A stretch of DNA of 64,000 nt from an uncultured delta proteobacterium (lineage in GTDB: Bacteria > Myxococcota_A > Polyangia > Polyangiales > Houyiibacteriaceae). Positions 39,862 to 48,756 of this stretch are shown piece by piece. The notes under the pieces were generated by a model. That model was not told the DNA's origin. It made no database searches and saw nothing but the letters and a program-made list of their open reading frames with translations. Positions within the stretch are counted from its first letter, which is position 1. Every line of letters starts with the position of its first letter. The DNA is taken from contig CAWBAV010000023.1 in NCBI GenBank assembly GCA_963786865.1, positions 26,531-90,530 on the forward strand. Reading direction: 5' to 3'. A program made the translations under genes and the position numbers.

Positions 39862-40938
39862 ATGGAGCTCACGCTCGCCCAGATCCAAGACCTACCGAAG
39901 ACGGACCTGCACGTCCACCTCGACGGCTCGTTGCGGCTGTCCACGATGCTGGAGCTCGCCGAAGAGCAGGGGGTCTCTCTGCCAGGCGACGATCCGGAGA
40001 CGCTGGCCAAAGCGCTCCACTGCGGAGAGCATGCGGGGTCGCTGGTCGAGTACCTGAAGGCCTTCGACAGCACGCTCAAGGTTCTACAGACCGCCGACGC
40101 GCTCTACCGAGTGGCGTACGAGTTGAGCGAGGACGCAGCCGCAGAGAACGTGCGCTACATGGAAGTACGCTACTCGCCCATGTTGCATACGCGTGGAGGC
40201 CTGCGTCTCACGACCGTGGTTGAAGCCGTGCTCACCGGACTCTGGGATGCCCAAAAAGCTCGTGGCGTCGTCGCCAACGCCATCCTCTGTGGAATCAGGA
40301 ATATCTCGCCCGAATCGTCATTCGAAATGGCGCAGCTCGCCGTGGCTTACAAGAACCGAGGCGTGGTCGCGTTCGATCTCGCTGGAGCTGAATACGACCA
40401 CCCCGCGAAACACCACTTGCAGGCGTTCAAGCTCGTTCGCGACAACAACATCGCCGTGACCATTCATGCGGGTGAAGCATATGGGCCCGCATCGATTCAT
40501 CAGGCCATTCACGTCTGTGGCGCGCACCGGATCGGACATGGCTGTCGGCTACGTGAGGACGGTGACCTGCTTCACTACGTCAACGACCACCGGATCGCGC
40601 TCGAATGCTGTCCGTCGTCCAACGTGCAAACCGGAGCCGTCAAGGATCTGCGAACGCATCCGCTCAAGCTCTATCACGACCTCGGACTGCGCGTGACGGT
40701 CAATACCGACAATCGTCTGATCACGAACACCACGGTCTCGCGCGAGCTATGGCTTTGCCACACCCAGATGGGCCTCGACCGTGACGACATTCACCGCATC
40801 ATCATCAATGGCTTCAAGGCCGCGTTTCTGCCGTTTCATCAGAAGCAGACGATGGTTCGCTCGGTGTCCCGGGAGCTCGCCAGCGCAGAACGGGCTTCCG
40901 GGCCGCAAGGGTCTCGTCGAGCCGACGCAAACGCGTGA
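39862..40938 (+). CDS. add: Adenosine deaminase
   Basis: LPKTDLHVHLDGSLR, ITIHAGE-like VTIHAGEAYG, HRIGHG and NTDNRL motifs. Confidence 0.9.
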   Translation: MELTLAQIQDLPKTDLHVHLDGSLRLSTMLELAEEQGVSLPGDDPETLAKALHCGEHAGSLVEYLKAFDSTLKVLQTADALYRVAYELSEDAAAENVRYMEVRYSPMLHTRGGLRLTTVVEAVLTGLWDAQKARGVVANAILCGIRNISPESSFEMAQLAVAYKNRGVVAFDLAGAEYDHPAKHHLQAFKLVRDNNIAVTIHAGEAYGPASIHQAIHVCGAHRIGHGCRLREDGDLLHYVNDHRIALECCPSSNVQTGAVKDLRTHPLKLYHDLGLRVTVNTDNRLITNTTVSRELWLCHTQMGLDRDDIHRIIINGFKAAFLPFHQKQTMVRSVSRELASAERASGPQGSRRADANA

Positions 40939-42347
40939 TCTCGGGCGCGGACTTGGCTAGGCTCGGGTCGACCATGGCCTCCTCGCTGATCGTCTTCATC
41001 ACTTCCACGAACTCGTCGAGAGTCTGAAGGCTTTCGGTCTCCGTCGGCTCGATGAGCATCGCGCCCTTCACGACCAGGGGAAAGTACACCGTGGGCGGGT
41101 GAAAACCGAAGTCCATCAATCGTTTGGCGACGTCCATGGTCGTCACCCCCGACTGTTTCAGGTGACGATCGCTGATCACCACCTCGTGCATGCAGATCTG
41201 ATCGTAGGGCACGTGCCAGACCTCGCCCAGGCGTGCCCTCAAATAGTTCGCGTTGAGAACCGCGAGCTCGGTGGCCTGCTCGAGACCCTTTGCTCCCATC
41301 TCTCGTAGGTACGCGTAGGCGCGGACCATCATGCCGAAATTGCCCTGAAACGAGCGCAGCCTTCCAACCGATTGCGGGCGGCTCTCGTAGTCCAAAACGA
41401 AACGGCCATCGCGCTTCTCGACCACCGGGACGGGAGCGAACGGATCCAGGAGCGCCTTGTAGCCGACGGGACCGCAACCCGGTCCCCCACCGCCGTGCGG
41501 GGTCGTGAAGGTCTTGTGCAGATTGAACTGCATCACGTCGATTCCGAGGTCGCCGGGTCGCGCCTTTCCCATCAACGCGTTCAGGTTGGCGCCGTCGCCA
41601 TAGACGAGGCCGCCCTTGCTGTGGATGAGCTCTGCGATGGCGGGCATGTTGCTCTCGAACAGACCCACCGTGTTGGGATTGGTAGCCATCACCGCCGCCA
41701 CGTCATCGTCGACGAAGGGCGCCAGAGCTTCGGTGGTCACGATGCCTTCTTCTCCGACAGGAAAGGGGACCGCTTCGAGACCATTGAGCGCGCACGAGGC
41801 CGGGTTGGTGCCGTGCGCCGTGTCGGGAATCAGCACCTTCTTCGGGGTCGCGCCCCTTGGCCTGATGGTACGCTCGGATCATCATCAGGCCCGTGAGCTC
41901 GCCCTGGGCGCCGGCAGCCGGCTGCAGGGAAACACGGTCCATTCCGCAGACCTCGGCAAGCCCGCGCTCGAGTCGCCACATGAGCTCCAGGGCTCCTTGT
42001 ACGAGCTCGTCCGGCATGTACGGATGCAGGTCTGCGAAGCCGGACAACCTCGCGGCCCACTCGTTGACCTTGGGGTTGTACTTCATGGTGCACGAGCCGA
42101 GCGGGTACATGCCGGTGTCGATCGCGAAGTTCTGTTGGCTCAGTCGAACGTAGTGCCGAACGGCTTCCGGCTCGGACACTTCCGGAAGCATGGCGGGAAG
42201 AGTCCGGGTCATCCCGCCGAACGTGCTTCTCGCGTCGATCTCCGGAAGCTCGTCGGGCGTGAGTGATGATCCGTGCCGCCGCGGCGAGCCCTGCTCGAAG
42301 ATCAGCGGTGTTTGAAAGGAAAGACCTGACGTAGCCGAGCCGGGCAT
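40814..42347 (-). pseudogene. gcvPB: Glycine dehydrogenase (decarboxylating) subunit 2, one frame break at a G run
   Basis: The N-terminal part ...MYPLGSCTMKYNPKVNE...QPAAGAQGELTGLMMIRAYHQAKG (ORF 41703..42347) continues after a one-base shift at GGGG (minus strand, near 41845) as ATPKKVLIPDTAHGTNPAS...FNLHKTFTTPHGGGGPG (ORF 40814..41836). Confidence 0.85.
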
Positions 42348-42395
42348 TTGTACCTCGACGCGGAAGCTACTGGATTGTCGACCGCCCGCAAGCGA

Positions 42396-43319
42396 TCAAA
42401 CGATCCGAAGGAGCGCTTCGCTGAGAGCTTCGATTGCGGCCGTGTCGTTTTCGAGACCGCGGTAGTATGGCAGCTCGCTGCACGGCGCATCGATATGGCC
42501 GCGCACTCGCGTGATGGCCCGCCCTTGAACCGTTTCCCGGAGCACGCGCCGCCTCCCGGCGAGCGCCAAGCCCCGGATTTCGCTGTCTTCCGGGACCTGC
42601 GACAGCAGACCTTCGACGATTGGACGCTCGTTTTCCGTGAACAAGACGTTCAGCACTCGGTTGATGACCAGGTGCAGCACCGGGACGCGAAGCTCGTTCG
42701 TCAGCGCGTTCGAAAGCTCGATCGTCTCGCTCGCGGGCATGTATTCCGGCAGGGTCACCAGGACGGCGCCGGCTCGTTCCGGATCCCTGAACATGTTCGC
42801 GGCTCGCGACGCATCTCTCCGCAAGAGACCAGGCGGCGCCACGCTTTCGATGACGAATGGGACTCGAAGCATGTCGAGCGCATGGCCGGTGGCAGGTGCA
42901 TCGACGATCACGAGATCGTAGTCAGGATCCCCCTTGGGAGGGCAGGCGTGGTAAAACGCTTTGCCGAGCATCGACCAGGCTTCGAGGCCGGGCGTGCCCT
43001 TGAGGAACGCTCTCACGAGCTTGTTCTTGAAGACCGCGTTGAAGACCGCGCGAACCTTCAAGATCATCAAGCCATACTCCTCGAGAGCGGCGTCCGGGGT
43101 CATGTTCACGACGTCGAGATTCTCTCGGACGGTCACGATGTTCGGGCCGATCGGGTCGGTATCGAGGAGCTGGCTCACGCGCTCCTTGCAGTTGACCAAG
43201 GCGAGGAGGACCTTCTTGTTGCGTCGACTCGCCGCAAGGGCGAGCCCTGTCGCCACCGTGGTCTTGCCGACGCCACCCTTGCCAACAACGAACAGGAACC
43301 GCCGGTCGAGCAAATCCAT
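42396..43319 (-). CDS. ArsA/GET3-family P-loop ATPase
   Basis: Deviant Walker A FVVGKGGVGKTTVA, DAPATGHAL, and PEYMPASET. Confidence 0.8.
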   Translation of the reverse strand: MDLLDRRFLFVVGKGGVGKTTVATGLALAASRRNKKVLLALVNCKERVSQLLDTDPIGPNIVTVRENLDVVNMTPDAALEEYGLMILKVRAVFNAVFKNKLVRAFLKGTPGLEAWSMLGKAFYHACPPKGDPDYDLVIVDAPATGHALDMLRVPFVIESVAPPGLLRRDASRAANMFRDPERAGAVLVTLPEYMPASETIELSNALTNELRVPVLHLVINRVLNVLFTENERPIVEGLLSQVPEDSEIRGLALAGRRRVLRETVQGRAITRVRGHIDAPCSELPYYRGLENDTAAIEALSEALLRIV

Positions 43320-43442
43320 CTGCGCCGTCTTTAGCGGTGAGCTGGAAAGGCGGCAAACCGACTGGATTTAATCGTGCAATTCTGGGATCGCAGAGGCTGA
43401 CGCCCAAGCACCTGCATGCTAGCGTCCTGACGAGCGCAATAC

Positions 43443-44141
43443 ATGAGCAATACTCGTCAGTCCGGTAGCTCGACCATGTGGTCACTAGTGTTGTTCGCAA
43501 CGCTAGCGCTGTTTGCGGCGGCCCTCTACGCGATCTTCGTCTATGCCCCTGTCGAACAGCAAATGGGCATCGTGCAGAAGATCTTCTACTTCCACGTCCC
43601 AAGCGCCTACGCGATGTACGTCGGCTTCGGGGTTTCGGCAGTAGGGAGCGCTGGATATCTACTCAAGCGCGATCCGCGCTGGGACGCGGTCGGGGTGGCA
43701 GGTGCCGAGGTTGGCACACTGTTTTGCCTCATCGTCTTGCTCACGGGTCCGCTTTGGGCCCGCAAGGCCTGGGGCGTCTGGTGGACCTGGGATCCGCGGC
43801 TCACGACTACACTGCTCGCCGGTATGATCTTCGCGGCGTACCTCGCGCTCCGGTCCATGGGCAACGCCGGTGAGGTCGAGAAGCGATTCGCCGCGGGTCT
43901 GGCGCTCTTCGGTCTCGTAGACCTGCCGTTGATTCACTACAGCGTGCAGCGCTGGCGAGGTGTCCACCCCACCGTCATCACGGGCAAAGGGGGAGGGCTG
44001 GAGTCCGAGATGTATTGGGCGCTCGGGCTCAGCTTCATCGCGTTCACGGGCCTCGCGATTCTCTTGATTTGGGCGCGCGCGTCGATCGAGCGCCAGCGAG
44101 AACAAACCGCCCAGCTACGATTCGAGTTGATGCACCGATGA
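43443..44141 (+). CDS. ccmC: Heme exporter protein C
   Basis: FYFHVPSAY and the WWD motif WGVWWTWDPRLT. Confidence 0.85.
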   Translation: MSNTRQSGSSTMWSLVLFATLALFAAALYAIFVYAPVEQQMGIVQKIFYFHVPSAYAMYVGFGVSAVGSAGYLLKRDPRWDAVGVAGAEVGTLFCLIVLLTGPLWARKAWGVWWTWDPRLTTTLLAGMIFAAYLALRSMGNAGEVEKRFAAGLALFGLVDLPLIHYSVQRWRGVHPTVITGKGGGLESEMYWALGLSFIAFTGLAILLIWARASIERQREQTAQLRFELMHR

Positions 44142-44151
44142 GGGGACTGAA

Positions 44152-44487
44152 ATGCGAGCTTTGATCGCCGCGCTAGTGCTGGGATGCACCATGCTCATCA
44201 CGCCCGTGGCCGTCGCCGAGACACCGCCCGGGGAGCCCGATGCGGGAGCGATGGGTTCCGAGGAGAAGGCTTCAGAGGACGCTGCAGAGGAGCGGGCGGC
44301 ACAGTTCGTCGGCGTCCGCGGGCCTGAGGCCGAGAGCGTTCCCGGCGGAGCTCTCCTGCTCGGCGCTTACGCAATCGTTTGGCTCCTCTTGTTCATGTTC
44401 CTGATGCGAATGCGTGGTCTTCAGCGCCAAACCGCAGAGGAGCTGGAACGGCTTAGCGCGGAGATTCGGACCTCCGGAAACCGGTAA
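44152..44487 (+). CDS. ccmD: CcmD-like protein with an extended, signal-peptide-like N-terminus
   Basis: The C-terminal TM plus basic tail LLLGAYAIVWLLLFMFLMRMRGLQRQ resembles CcmD, and the gene lies immediately after ccmC. At 111 aa it is longer than is typical. Confidence 0.55.
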   Translation: MRALIAALVLGCTMLITPVAVAETPPGEPDAGAMGSEEKASEDAAEERAAQFVGVRGPEAESVPGGALLLGAYAIVWLLLFMFLMRMRGLQRQTAEELERLSAEIRTSGNR

Positions 44488-44615
44488 TGCCATCCATCGC
44501 ACACATCATTTACATCCCGGGCATATTGCTGATCGGCTTTGCGCTCGGATTTCGACTGGGAGCTCGCGCCGTGAGGGCCGAGCTGGAGCGCCGTGACCAG
44601 GAGCGGCGTCGATGA
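44487..44615 (+). CDS. Candidate 42-aa single-TM micro-protein
   Basis: Not in the ORF track. Its ATG overlaps the ccmD-like stop (TAATG). It translates as MPSIAHIIYIPGILLIGFALGFRLGARAVRAELERRDQERRR and ends 16 nt before the next gene. Confidence 0.3.
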   Translation: MPSIAHIIYIPGILLIGFALGFRLGARAVRAELERRDQERRR

Positions 44616-44630
44616 TCGAGAGGTAGCAGC

Positions 44631-45779
44631 ATGTTGAACTTCGAGTTGACCGCCGAACAGAAGAGCCTCGTCGAAGAGACCCGCCGGTTCACCCGCGAGA
44701 AAATCATCCCGATTGCGGCCGAAGCCGACAGGACGCACGAGTTTCCGATGGATGTGTTCAAGGAAGCCTGGGAGCTAGGCTTCGTCGGGCCCAACATCCC
44801 CGAGGAGTACGGCGGAGCCGGCATGGGCGAGGTCGACCACGTCCTGCTCACAGAAGAGCTCGCGTTCGGTTGCACCGGGATTCAGACCAGTATGACCGCC
44901 AACGTGTTGGCAGCGACTCCACTGCTCATCGCCGGTAACGATGCGCAGAAGAAGAAGTACCTCGGCTTGCTGACCTCGGAACCGGTGTTCGCCGCCTATG
45001 CGATCACCGAGCCGGCTGCTGGCAGTGATGCCGCTGGAATTCAGACGCGATGCCGCAAAGATGGAAACGACTGGATAGTCAATGGCTCGAAGTGCTTCAT
45101 CACGAACGCGGCCTGGGCCAGCTGGTACATCGTCTTCGCGACCGTGGATCCCTCGCTGCGCCATAGTGGAATCATGGCCTTCGTGATCGATCGCGACGCG
45201 AAGGGCGTGAGCGTCGGCAAGACCGAGGACAAGCTCGGGCAGCGGGCCAGCAATACGGCCGTCGTCAATTTCGACGATGTCCGGGTTTCGTCTGACAACG
45301 TGCTCGCCGAAGCCGGTCACGGTTTCAAGCTGGCCATGCAGACCTTCGACCGCACCCGCCCCGACATAGGGGCCGGGGCCTGCGGTCTGATGCGCCGCGC
45401 GCTCGAGGAGTCGATCGCGTACGCCCTCGAGCGAAAGACTTTTGGTGTTCCCATCGCAGAACATCAGATGGTTCAGGCCATGATCGCGGAGATGGGCATC
45501 AAGTACGAGGCCACTCGGCTCTTGGTGCACAAGTCGGCTTGGCAGATCGACCAGGGAGGTCGAAACTCGCTCGTGGCCTCCTACAGCAAAGCGTTCGGAG
45601 CCGACAGCGCGATGCAGGTGGCTACCGATGCAGTGCAAGTCTTCGGCGGGAACGGCTACATCACCGAGTACCCGGTCGAAAAGCTCATGCGCGACGCGAA
45701 AATCCTTCAGATCTACGAGGGCACCTCTCAGATCCAACGGATGGTCATTGCAAAGAACCTCTTCGCTGGCGTCCGCTAG
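44631..45779 (+). CDS. Acyl-CoA dehydrogenase (short/branched-chain type)
   Basis: AYAITEPAAGSDAAGIQT, the tail QVFGGNGYITEYPVEKLMRDAKILQIYEGTSQIQ, and a length of 382 aa. Confidence 0.9.
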   Translation: MLNFELTAEQKSLVEETRRFTREKIIPIAAEADRTHEFPMDVFKEAWELGFVGPNIPEEYGGAGMGEVDHVLLTEELAFGCTGIQTSMTANVLAATPLLIAGNDAQKKKYLGLLTSEPVFAAYAITEPAAGSDAAGIQTRCRKDGNDWIVNGSKCFITNAAWASWYIVFATVDPSLRHSGIMAFVIDRDAKGVSVGKTEDKLGQRASNTAVVNFDDVRVSSDNVLAEAGHGFKLAMQTFDRTRPDIGAGACGLMRRALEESIAYALERKTFGVPIAEHQMVQAMIAEMGIKYEATRLLVHKSAWQIDQGGRNSLVASYSKAFGADSAMQVATDAVQVFGGNGYITEYPVEKLMRDAKILQIYEGTSQIQRMVIAKNLFAGVR

Positions 45780-46707
45780 CGTCGTTCTAGCGGCGCTTGT
45801 CGCCGGCTGGCTGAGCTCCACCGCAAGCGCGGAGCTCGAGCCACCTCCGCCGTTCGTGGACTCGAACATCGATCAAGACGAGCTCCTCGAAGTGATGGCC
45901 ACGGCGAAGTCGAGGAGCTTCAAGCCCGTAGGACACAGCTCCGTGGTCCTTCGGATGCGGACCGTTGCTCGGGTCACGGCGGGACTCAAGGTGCGCAGCA
46001 AGGCAATCGAGAACGGCTACAAGTACGAGATTGCAGCCTATCGCATCGGCCGCTTGCTCGGCCTCGACAACGTGCCGCCGGCGGTCTATCGGCGCGTCGC
46101 CTGGCACGAGATCCAAAACCGGTTTCACGAAGACAGGCTCGATCAGCGCGCCACCATCCGACGTGACGTGCTTTGGGACGACGACGGCTCGGCCCCAGCG
46201 GCTGCGGTCTATTGGGTCAAAGGCATGAGGTCGATGGGCCTCGAGAATCGAACGACCTGGGAGAGCTGGCTGCGAGACGGAGAGATTCCGGAGTCCCGCG
46301 CGCAGCTCGCACGCGACCTCTCGACGATGGTCGTTTTCGATTTTCTGGTCGGAAACTGGGATCGGTACAGCGGAGGCAATCTGCCGAGCGATTCGAGCCG
46401 GACGCGCGCCATTTTGCGAGACAACGATCGTTCCTTTTCGAGTCCGTTGCACGAGCGACGCTACGAGAGGTTGCTCGAGGGGCTAACCCGAACCGGTCGT
46501 TTCTCGAAGAACCTGGTTCGTCGGTTGAGCGACCTCGATGAAGCGTCACTCAGAGCCGAGCTCGCCGAGGGTCCGAGCGAGGGGACGGAGCCGCTGCTGA
46601 ACGACGCGCAGATCGCCGACGTCATGGACAGACGGGCCACCGTTCTCTCGTACATCGCCGCGATGATCGAAGAGCGCGGAGAGCCTCGAGTGCTCTTCTT
46701 TCCTTGA
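45748..46707 (+). CDS. Secreted protein with FAM20/Four-jointed (Golgi casein kinase)-like kinase motifs
   Basis: Signal ...LASASVVLAALVAGWLSSTASA (TTG 45748 proposed as start). Motifs are SFKPVGH, YEIAAYRIGRLLGLDNVPPAVYR, VFDFLVGNWDRYSGGN and LRDNDRSF. Confidence 0.55.
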   Translation: MQRTSSLASASVVLAALVAGWLSSTASAELEPPPPFVDSNIDQDELLEVMATAKSRSFKPVGHSSVVLRMRTVARVTAGLKVRSKAIENGYKYEIAAYRIGRLLGLDNVPPAVYRRVAWHEIQNRFHEDRLDQRATIRRDVLWDDDGSAPAAAVYWVKGMRSMGLENRTTWESWLRDGEIPESRAQLARDLSTMVVFDFLVGNWDRYSGGNLPSDSSRTRAILRDNDRSFSSPLHERRYERLLEGLTRTGRFSKNLVRRLSDLDEASLRAELAEGPSEGTEPLLNDAQIADVMDRRATVLSYIAAMIEERGEPRVLFFP

Positions 46708-46733
46708 GTATTGGCACGTGGTAGGGAGAGAGC

Positions 46734-47441
46734 GTGACCAGGCCCAAAGTCATCGATCCAGACGAGTGGGGACAGGTCTTGGGTTTGCTGGTTCACGACC
46801 TGCGAAACCCCGCGGCGACGATCACCGCCAACGTCGACTTCCTCCAAGAGGTCGGGCTCGACGACACGGACTCGGTCGAGGCTTTGCAGGATGTGAAGCT
46901 GGCGGTTGGAGAGTTGAGGCGGGGTCTCGACATGCTTGCGTGGATCAGTCGCTGGCTCAGCGGTCAGGTTCCGCTCGAGGCTGCCAATGGTGACGTGGGG
47001 ATGTTCCTAGAGCGGCTCGCACGAGCCGACACGCCGGCTCCCGTTGCCGTCCAGATCGCCGAAGGCCACCAGCTCTACGCCCAGGGTGCGCAGGTCGCGG
47101 TCGAGGTGGTCGAGCTTCTGCTTCACAACACCCGCGCCAATGTCGCCGACCCCCGCGCGACCGTTCGTGTATTTCAGCAAGGCGGCCATGTCGTGATCGA
47201 GGTCGAGGATGCCGGCGAAGCAATCGCGCCGGAGCTCCGGGAAACTGCATTCTCGCTCGAAGGTCAGAAGGCCCTGAAGGGACGCCTCGACGGTCGCTAC
47301 AGCCGTTTCGTAGGGCTGTTCGCCGCGGCGGTGGTGCTGGACGGAGTCGGAGGTACCATCGAAGCGGACGGCGAGAGAGGCGCCGCGATCTTCAGGATTT
47401 TTCTTCGGGGGGCTCGTCCGACCCGCCCGCCGTCTCGTTAG
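46734..47441 (+). CDS. Stand-alone histidine-kinase-like protein (DHp + degenerate ATPase domain, no sensor or TM)
   Basis: H-box LLVHDLRNPAATI. The G1-like VEDAGEAI is degenerate, and G2 is not evident. GTG start. Confidence 0.55.
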   Translation: MTRPKVIDPDEWGQVLGLLVHDLRNPAATITANVDFLQEVGLDDTDSVEALQDVKLAVGELRRGLDMLAWISRWLSGQVPLEAANGDVGMFLERLARADTPAPVAVQIAEGHQLYAQGAQVAVEVVELLLHNTRANVADPRATVRVFQQGGHVVIEVEDAGEAIAPELRETAFSLEGQKALKGRLDGRYSRFVGLFAAAVVLDGVGGTIEADGERGAAIFRIFLRGARPTRPPSR

Positions 47442-48741
47442 GCCGCTCACGGAGATCGCGTAGGCGTTCTCGAATCCGCGCCTCGAATCCCTGTTTGGTG
47501 GGCCGGTAGTATGCCCGGCCGACGAGGGTCTCGGGTAGGTACGTCTCATCAGCCGAATAGCCGCTTTCGTCGTGCGGGTATCGATACCCTTCTCCGTAGC
47601 CCCAGCTCTTCATCGCTTCGGTGGGCGCGTTCCGGAGCTTGAGTGGAACGGGAAGCGCCCCAAGCTCGCGGACGTCCGCCTGCGCCGCCGTCCAGGCCTT
47701 GTAGCTGGCGTTGCTCTTCGGTGCGCTCGCCAAGTAAATACAGCATTGCGCGATTGGAAAGATGCCCTCAGGCATTCCGAGCCGACGAAACGCTGCATCC
47801 GAGCTCACCGCGACTTCGAGTGCTCTGGGGTCCGCGTTGCCGATGTCCTCGCTCGCGAAGATCAACATGCGCCGAAGCACGAAGAGAGGATCCTCGCCGG
47901 CCTCGAGCATACGCATCAGCCAGTAGACGGATGCGTTCGGGTCGCTGCCGCGCATCGACTTGATGAAGGCGCTGATGACGTTGTAGTGCTCTTCACCAGA
48001 TTTGTCGTAGAGCAAGGTCTGGGTTGCGAGCGCCTCTTGGACGATGCCGACTGTGACCGTCTGAACTCCGGCGGACTGAGCAAAGTCGCTCGCGAGCTCG
48101 AGCGCCGATAGAGCGCGTCGAGCGTCGCCTCCAGCGTTCTGGGAGATGGCCGCGAGGGCGTCCGGATCGAAATGATGCGCCACGTGTCCAACGCCATGCT
48201 CTTCGTCATCGAGAGCGCGCTCGAGCAGTCGACGCAAGTCGGGAGCCTCGATCGGTTTCAAATCGAATACGCGCGCACGTGACAGTAATGCCGAGTTGAC
48301 GGCGAACGACGGGTTCTCTGTCGTGGCGCCGATCAGTGTCACCGTTCCATTCTCCACGTGTGGCAGCAAAGCGTCCTGTTGAGCCTTGTTGAATCGGTGG
48401 ATCTCGTCGATGAACAAGATCGTCTTCTTTCCGTAATAGCTCTTCTGTTCTTTCGCGCCGGCGATGATCTTCCGTAGCTCCGGCACGCCTCCGAGCACTG
48501 CGCTGAACGGCACGAAGAGCGAATGAGTCTCGTTCGCGATGACGTGTGCGAGCGTGGTCTTGCCGGTGCCAGGAGGACCCCAAAGGATCATCGATGGAAT
48601 GCGGTCAGCTCGAATCGCCCGGGCCAGTATGTGGCCGTCGCCTAGCAGGTGTGCTTGTCCGACCACGTCCTCCAGCCGCTTCGGCCGCATACGATCGGCC
48701 AGCGGGGAGCCCGATTCCGCCTGTCGCTCAAAGAGGTCCAC
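47392..48741 (-). CDS. rarA: Replication-associated recombination protein A (AAA+ ATPase)
   Basis: Walker A WGPPGTGKTTLA, Walker B LFIDEIHRFNK, and the C-terminal MgsA region YDVISAF-like HYNVISAFIKSMRGSD. Confidence 0.9.
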   Translation of the reverse strand: MDLFERQAESGSPLADRMRPKRLEDVVGQAHLLGDGHILARAIRADRIPSMILWGPPGTGKTTLAHVIANETHSLFVPFSAVLGGVPELRKIIAGAKEQKSYYGKKTILFIDEIHRFNKAQQDALLPHVENGTVTLIGATTENPSFAVNSALLSRARVFDLKPIEAPDLRRLLERALDDEEHGVGHVAHHFDPDALAAISQNAGGDARRALSALELASDFAQSAGVQTVTVGIVQEALATQTLLYDKSGEEHYNVISAFIKSMRGSDPNASVYWLMRMLEAGEDPLFVLRRMLIFASEDIGNADPRALEVAVSSDAAFRRLGMPEGIFPIAQCCIYLASAPKSNASYKAWTAAQADVRELGALPVPLKLRNAPTEAMKSWGYGEGYRYPHDESGYSADETYLPETLVGRAYYRPTKQGFEARIRERLRDLRERPNETAGGSDEPPEEKS

Positions 48742-48756
48742 GTCGGCCCTTATAAC

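Noticed and set aside
40814-40938. 125-nt convergent overlap of the add and gcvPB 3' ends, considered as evidence of a further frameshift.
   Set aside because: Both C-terminal tails are non-conserved, so I cannot show from the sequence which one, if either, is artificially extended.
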